DNA of 64,000 nucleotides, taken from NCBI GenBank assembly GCA_964463505.1, contig CAYXDC010000006.1, positions 9,914-73,913 on the forward strand, read 5' to 3'. The stretch is from an uncultured Anaerolineaceae bacterium (GTDB lineage Bacteria; Chloroflexota; Anaerolineae; Anaerolineales; UBA4823). Under the pieces are notes generated by a model. The model was not told the DNA's origin and ran no database searches. It saw only the letters and a program-made list of their open reading frames with translations. This document shows, one piece after another, positions 59,851 to 64,000 of this stretch. The translations under genes and the position numbers were made by a program. Each line of letters starts with the position of its first letter. Within the stretch, counting starts at the first letter, position 1.

Positions 59851-62181
59851 ATGATGTCCAGACGGGTCTTAATCTTTCAGAGCGACCCGCTCTCGGCCAA
59901 AAACCTAAGCCGCTATTTCCTGAACCACGGGGATCGGGTGTGGAAAACTGCCCGCTTATCCGAAGCGGTGGCATTGCTTGATTCCGAGCCGCCAGAATTG
60001 GCGTTGATTGACCTGGATGCCCCCGACGGTGCGGGGTTGGCGCTCATCCGCCAGTGTCGCCGGCGCGCGCCCATGGCGCAGATGGTCATCACCAATCGCC
60101 AGGTTGATTTGCGCGCCGAGCTACAGGCGCGTGAGTCGGGCGCAACAATATTCCTGCGCGAGCCCTTCACGCCTGAGTGGATCGAGCGCGCCTTGGTAAC
60201 GGATTCCCAGGCCAATCCCCAGCCCACACCGCCCACACCCGCCACGCGCCCTAACTTGCGCGTGCGCATGCCCATGCGCATCAAAATCACGGTTCCATAT
60301 GTGATCCTGGCGCTAACGTTTATCCTGATGACAGCTTTCCTGGTTGGGCGTTACGTCCAGGAATCCCTCCAGGAACGCTTCACCAACCAGCTTGCGGATA
60401 CCGGGCGCCTGGCAGCCGATTGGATGGTGGAAGAAGAGCGTCGCTTGCTGGAGACCTTGCGCCTGATCGCCAATACAGAAGGGGTTTCCGATGCAGTGGC
60501 AGCTGCAGAAGCCGATCGCTTGCATGCCCTGGTGCTGCCCCTAGCAATCAATGCCCAGGAAGAGGCCGTGGAGATCCTGAACCTGAGCGGAACGAGCTTG
60601 CTCAGCTTGCATCGCATCCCTGAGTCGACCGGAGAATATCGCTCCACGCGCAACAGCCGGCTGTTCGCCGATCTGCCCTTCGTCCAGCGGGTGCTAGCTG
60701 GCGACGTGGATACCCTGGGTGATAAATTTCCCGGGCTGGCAGGCGATGATACCGGGCAGGTATTTTATATTGCGGGGCCAGTGCGCGATCTAAACAACCA
60801 GGTGGTCGGTGTGGTGCTGGTGGGCAAGACCCTGCCCACCCTGGCTAACCAGCTGCGCCAGGCTACCCTGGCACACCTGACGTTTTATACCCCTGAGGGC
60901 CAGCCCTTGGCTTCGACCTTATTTGAAGCGACTGAGGTGCAGCCGCTCGATCCGGGGGAAGGACTCAACGTGCTGCTCCAGCAAGATAAGGGCAGCCTGC
61001 GGCGCGACCTGCAAAGCGCCTCCTCGATCTACACCGAAATTATTGGCCCGTGGGAGGTACGCAGCGGAGTGGACCTGGGATTGATGGGGGTCGCCCTGGC
61101 GCCGAACCTGCTGGCTGCACCGCGCCAGGCGACGGGTTTGCAGGCCCTGGTTTTTGTTGTGCTGATCTTCCTGGCGGTGATCCTGGTGGGTATATTGACC
61201 GCCCGCCAGGTCACCCATCCGCTGAAGCAGGTCGTGGATGCCTCCCAGCGTATCGCGGATGGCAATTTCCAGGTCAAGGTCAAACCCACTGGCAACGATG
61301 AAATTAGCGTGCTGGCGACGGCTTTCAACTACATGGTCGCTGGACTGCAAGAAGGCTCCATCTACCGCGATTTGCTGGGGCGCACCGTCTCACCGCAAGT
61401 GCGCGAGGCGCTACGTCAGTCCTTTGCCTCGGGCGAGCTTAAGCTGGAAGGGCAGAGCACCGAAGGCACTGTGCTGATGAGCGACATCCGCAACTTTACC
61501 AGCCTGGCTGAAAAAGAAGACGCCACCACGATCTTGAAGTGGCTGAATGAATATTTTGGTCGGCTGGTACCGGTGATCAACCAATTCGGCGGTGTCATCG
61601 ACAAGTTCGAAGGCGACTCCATGATGGCCTTTTTTGGGATCTTGCCAGCGCGCCTACCGGCAGAGGAGAGCAGCTATCAGGCCTGCCAGGCAGCCGTTGC
61701 CATGCTGCAGGTGGTCAACGACTATAATATGGAGCGCGCCGCGCGCGGCGATCCGCTATTGATCACTGGCCTGGGGATCAATACCGGCATGCTGATGGTG
61801 GGCGGTCTGGGGGCCAGCGATCGCCTGGATTACACGATTATCGGCGATACGGTCAACACTGCTCAACGCATGCAAGAGCTGACTCGCCAGTTTGGTGAAA
61901 CCGGCTGCGTGGTGGGTGAGAATACCCTGACTGTATTGCGCGAACGGCGCATGGATTTCCGTTTTGATCCGCTGGGCGAGCACGCCTTAAAAGGAAAATC
62001 TGAATTATTGTGGGTGTATCGCCTGCGAGCTGGCGAGGGCCAGCGCAAACGTCTGGATGAATCGGTTAAGCCGGATGGGCTAATTAACCCACCCGAAAAG
62101 AACGAGCAGCTTAGCGCCTCGGGAGACTCTCTTGAACCCACTCCCGACTCAACGGTGAAGGATGCCACCCCACAAGCGTAA
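59851..62181 (+). CDS. receiver-domain / extracytoplasmic sensor / HAMP / class III adenylate-guanylate cyclase
   Basis: N-terminal REC-like fold (LALIDLDAPDG), two TM helices flanking an approximately 290-aa sensor region, and HAMP (PLKQVVDASQRIADGNF...AFNYMV). Cyclase motifs VLMSDIRNFT, KFEGDSMMAFFG and IIGDTVNTAQRMQ. Confidence 0.85.
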   Translation: MMSRRVLIFQSDPLSAKNLSRYFLNHGDRVWKTARLSEAVALLDSEPPELALIDLDAPDGAGLALIRQCRRRAPMAQMVITNRQVDLRAELQARESGATIFLREPFTPEWIERALVTDSQANPQPTPPTPATRPNLRVRMPMRIKITVPYVILALTFILMTAFLVGRYVQESLQERFTNQLADTGRLAADWMVEEERRLLETLRLIANTEGVSDAVAAAEADRLHALVLPLAINAQEEAVEILNLSGTSLLSLHRIPESTGEYRSTRNSRLFADLPFVQRVLAGDVDTLGDKFPGLAGDDTGQVFYIAGPVRDLNNQVVGVVLVGKTLPTLANQLRQATLAHLTFYTPEGQPLASTLFEATEVQPLDPGEGLNVLLQQDKGSLRRDLQSASSIYTEIIGPWEVRSGVDLGLMGVALAPNLLAAPRQATGLQALVFVVLIFLAVILVGILTARQVTHPLKQVVDASQRIADGNFQVKVKPTGNDEISVLATAFNYMVAGLQEGSIYRDLLGRTVSPQVREALRQSFASGELKLEGQSTEGTVLMSDIRNFTSLAEKEDATTILKWLNEYFGRLVPVINQFGGVIDKFEGDSMMAFFGILPARLPAEESSYQACQAAVAMLQVVNDYNMERAARGDPLLITGLGINTGMLMVGGLGASDRLDYTIIGDTVNTAQRMQELTRQFGETGCVVGENTLTVLRERRMDFRFDPLGEHALKGKSELLWVYRLRAGEGQRKRLDESVKPDGLINPPEKNEQLSASGDSLEPTPDSTVKDATPQA

Positions 62182-62887
62182 AGCCAGGCAGGTTGTGACT
62201 GTGCCTGGCTGGCTGCCTTATGCGCTGGGCGGGCTGGTGCTGGTCGCAGGTCTGCTATTGGCGCTGATCCCGTGGGGTTCGTCTTTCTCCTGGCTATCCA
62301 TTGCGCTGCATTCTTTATTGAATGCCGATTATTCACCCGATCTGAATGCCACGCGCATGGCGCCGGTGCGCCTGGCCCTGGCTGCCGAAGCCCTGGCGGA
62401 TGAGGCGCGTGATTTGGGTACGCTGCTGCCCGGTGATACGCTGGCGACCCTGCAAACCGGCATTTTGACCCCTGTACCTACCGTCACCGCGCGCCCAGGA
62501 GAAACGCTCGTTCCCCTCGCCACCCTGGGCTACACGCCTACGCTTGGGGGCCCACCGCAACCAGGCTTGAGCGAAACCCCCAACTGGACGACCACCGCCA
62601 CAGTTCTGGTGACCATCACTGGCACGCCTGGAATCAACCCTACCAGCACAGTCACGCCGGCCTATCCATACTCTACGCCAACAGGTGTTTTTATCCCGAC
62701 CCCGACCCGCCGCCCGACCAACCCCCCGAGCGTACCCAGCGCGACTTCCCAGCCCGTTCTGCCAACCACCACACCAACACAGACAGCCAGTGCAGTTCCT
62801 ACGAATACTACCCCCCCAACTTTGCCACCGACCAGCACCCCCCGGCCTACGGCAACTGAAGTTCCATATCCACCGCCGTATCCATAA
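62162..62887 (+). CDS. membrane-anchored Pro/Thr-rich protein, function unknown
   Basis: Overlaps the cyclase 3' end by 20 nt. One TM helix, then a low-complexity PT-rich region. Confidence 0.45.
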   Translation: MPPHKRKARQVVTVPGWLPYALGGLVLVAGLLLALIPWGSSFSWLSIALHSLLNADYSPDLNATRMAPVRLALAAEALADEARDLGTLLPGDTLATLQTGILTPVPTVTARPGETLVPLATLGYTPTLGGPPQPGLSETPNWTTTATVLVTITGTPGINPTSTVTPAYPYSTPTGVFIPTPTRRPTNPPSVPSATSQPVLPTTTPTQTASAVPTNTTPPTLPPTSTPRPTATEVPYPPPYP

Positions 62888-62938
62888 TTTACCTGAATTC
62901 GGTTGTATTAATCTATTTTTGAGATAGCTTCTAGAGGT

Positions 62939-63703
62939 TTATTGAAACAGGGGCGCCAGGTCTGGGCGCACCAGGTTCACCAGGCGCACCCCGCGGCGGT
63001 GGATCTGGCGGAAATTGGCGCCTTGCGAAACCAGGCGCATCACCGCCTCCACATCGGTCACGATTGATCCGGACAGCACGCCAATTCCATCATCGAACAA
63101 GCGCGGGTGAAGCGGGGTGCTGGGCCCTAGCAACAATACATTGGCTCCCGGCGCGACCAGGGTCATTAGCTGCTCAAAGGTGTGATTTAAGATGGTCATG
63201 CCGGTGATGGCGGCTACTTGGGCGTCTCCCAGGACCTGGGGCGCGGCTTCGGCAGGCAGATCGCTGGGGCGCGGGTTCAGCTCCAGGATGTGCAGCTCGC
63301 CAACGCGCGGGCGCAGATGTTCAACAAATGGGAAATGCCCCACCAGCGCCACGCGCTTGCCGGCTCCCAGGCGGGCGATCATCTCCTCCGCGTTCAGATC
63401 GGGTGTATCCAGGGCAGGTAATGGGAGCAGGGCATTAAGCGCTGCCAATCCCACCGAGCACAGGGTGGGCTGGTCGGGGGAATCGGCTAGCGCCGCCAGC
63501 TCCAGCCCCCGCAGTTTGTGCAGCTCTCCCGCCTGGGGGACATCCGCTCCGTCGTGATGGTGCGTGCCATGCAGGCTGGAAGCCAGTCCGCAGCGCAGCG
63601 CGCTATCCACCAGCATGCTGACCGCCGTCCAGTGCAGGCCAATACGCACATCCTGCACAACCCCCTCCGGGGCCAGGCGCAGTAAATCCTGGATCAACTT
63701 CAT
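62939..63703 (-). CDS. DUF4213/DUF364-type Rossmann-like protein (putative metal-chelation family)
   Basis: 254 aa with an N-terminal VQDVRIGLHWTAV pattern and a C-terminal Rossmann-like VALVGHFPF...; recalled family resemblance only. Confidence 0.5.
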   Translation of the reverse strand: MKLIQDLLRLAPEGVVQDVRIGLHWTAVSMLVDSALRCGLASSLHGTHHHDGADVPQAGELHKLRGLELAALADSPDQPTLCSVGLAALNALLPLPALDTPDLNAEEMIARLGAGKRVALVGHFPFVEHLRPRVGELHILELNPRPSDLPAEAAPQVLGDAQVAAITGMTILNHTFEQLMTLVAPGANVLLLGPSTPLHPRLFDDGIGVLSGSIVTDVEAVMRLVSQGANFRQIHRRGVRLVNLVRPDLAPLFQ

Positions 63704-63912
63704 GCGGATCCTTCTTTGCCAACCAGCCCTTCCAGAAGAGTCTGGGTGGCTTTAGCCACCTGCTGGACAGCGCGCTCGAATGCTGCCTGGTTGGCGCGGG
63801 ATGGCTTGCGATAGCCGCTGATCTTGCGCACATACTGCAAAGCTGCCGCCTGGATCTCTGCTTGGGTGGGGGCCGGCTCAACCCGGCGTAAGGTCTGGAT
63901 ACTACGGCACAT
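63700..63912 (-). CDS. DUF2277 family small protein
   Basis: MCRSIQTLRR...AAALQYVRKISGYRKPSRANQAAFERAV matches the DUF2277 pattern as I recall it. Overlaps the downstream gene by 4 nt. Confidence 0.6.
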   Translation of the reverse strand: MCRSIQTLRRVEPAPTQAEIQAAALQYVRKISGYRKPSRANQAAFERAVQQVAKATQTLLEGLVGKEGSA

Positions 63913-63939
63913 CAGGCGTACTCCTTTTTAATGCAGGTT

Positions 63940-64000
63940 TCAGTCCTGGGAATTTTCGCTGCTGATCTCCCATTCCTCAGGATGGTGCACCAGGGGATCA
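63940..64000 (-). CDS. 3' end of an unidentified gene running off the window
   Basis: Open frame ...DPLVHHPEEWEISSENSQD* ending at the stop 63940-63942. Too short to identify. Confidence 0.25.
   Translation of the reverse strand, partial: DPLVHHPEEWEISSENSQD

Noticed and set aside
59851-62181. The cyclase as part of a CBASS/Pycsar-type anti-phage signalling system
   Set aside because: It is a class III cyclase with membrane sensor, HAMP and receiver domains (a signal-transduction architecture). It is not a CD-NTase or a minimal pyrimidine cyclase, and no effector gene is adjacent.

Overview
This is a 64 kb chromosomal segment, roughly 60% GC by eye. It is densely packed with about 60 protein genes on both strands, plus one tRNA-Leu(GAG). 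There is no rRNA, CRISPR array, integrase, transposase or recognisable prophage or defence island.

Gene content is mostly housekeeping:
- Isoprenoid and haem: hemW, a polyprenyl synthase, type-2 IDI.
- Central metabolism: sucCD, a class II aldolase-like protein, PPK2, MTAP.
- Lipid synthesis: acpP, plsX-fabF, a CDP-alcohol phosphatidyltransferase, lgt.
- Other core functions: ftsK, tyrS, uvrB, secG, archease-rtcB.
- Signalling, transport and stress: several ABC transporter parts, an OmpR/HK two-component system, and Ni-superoxide dismutase with its maturation protease.

The FhaA/FhaB-SEDS-PBP cluster, NiSOD and strong GGAGG Shine-Dalgarno sites suggest a monoderm-type lineage such as Chloroflexota or Actinobacteria. 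I cannot establish taxonomy without a database search.

Items most worth a second look:
1. A natural SEDS (RodA/FtsW)-PBP fusion. Its transpeptidase-like half has only one lysine and no SxxK or K(T/S)G motif. It sits in an FhaA-FhaB operon with no kinase or phosphatase and with MTAP wedged in.
2. An array of abutting 20-bp direct repeats that runs into a consensus promoter for tRNA-Leu. An 18-bp perfect palindrome lies on the divergent plsX-fabF promoter.
3. A 91-bp inverted-repeat element flanked by 7-bp direct repeats (MITE/REP-like), next to a 44-bp perfect palindrome.
4. Unusual domain fusions: ABC-2 permease + SpoIIM, SPFH + excisionase-type HTH, and ASCH + TPR.
5. A lower-GC 2.9 kb gene for a PD40/PQQ beta-propeller protein.
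6. Three genes whose -10 hexamer sits 7-8 nt from the ATG, implying leaderless mRNAs.

All functional calls come from motif recognition in the supplied translations; no alignments or searches were run.
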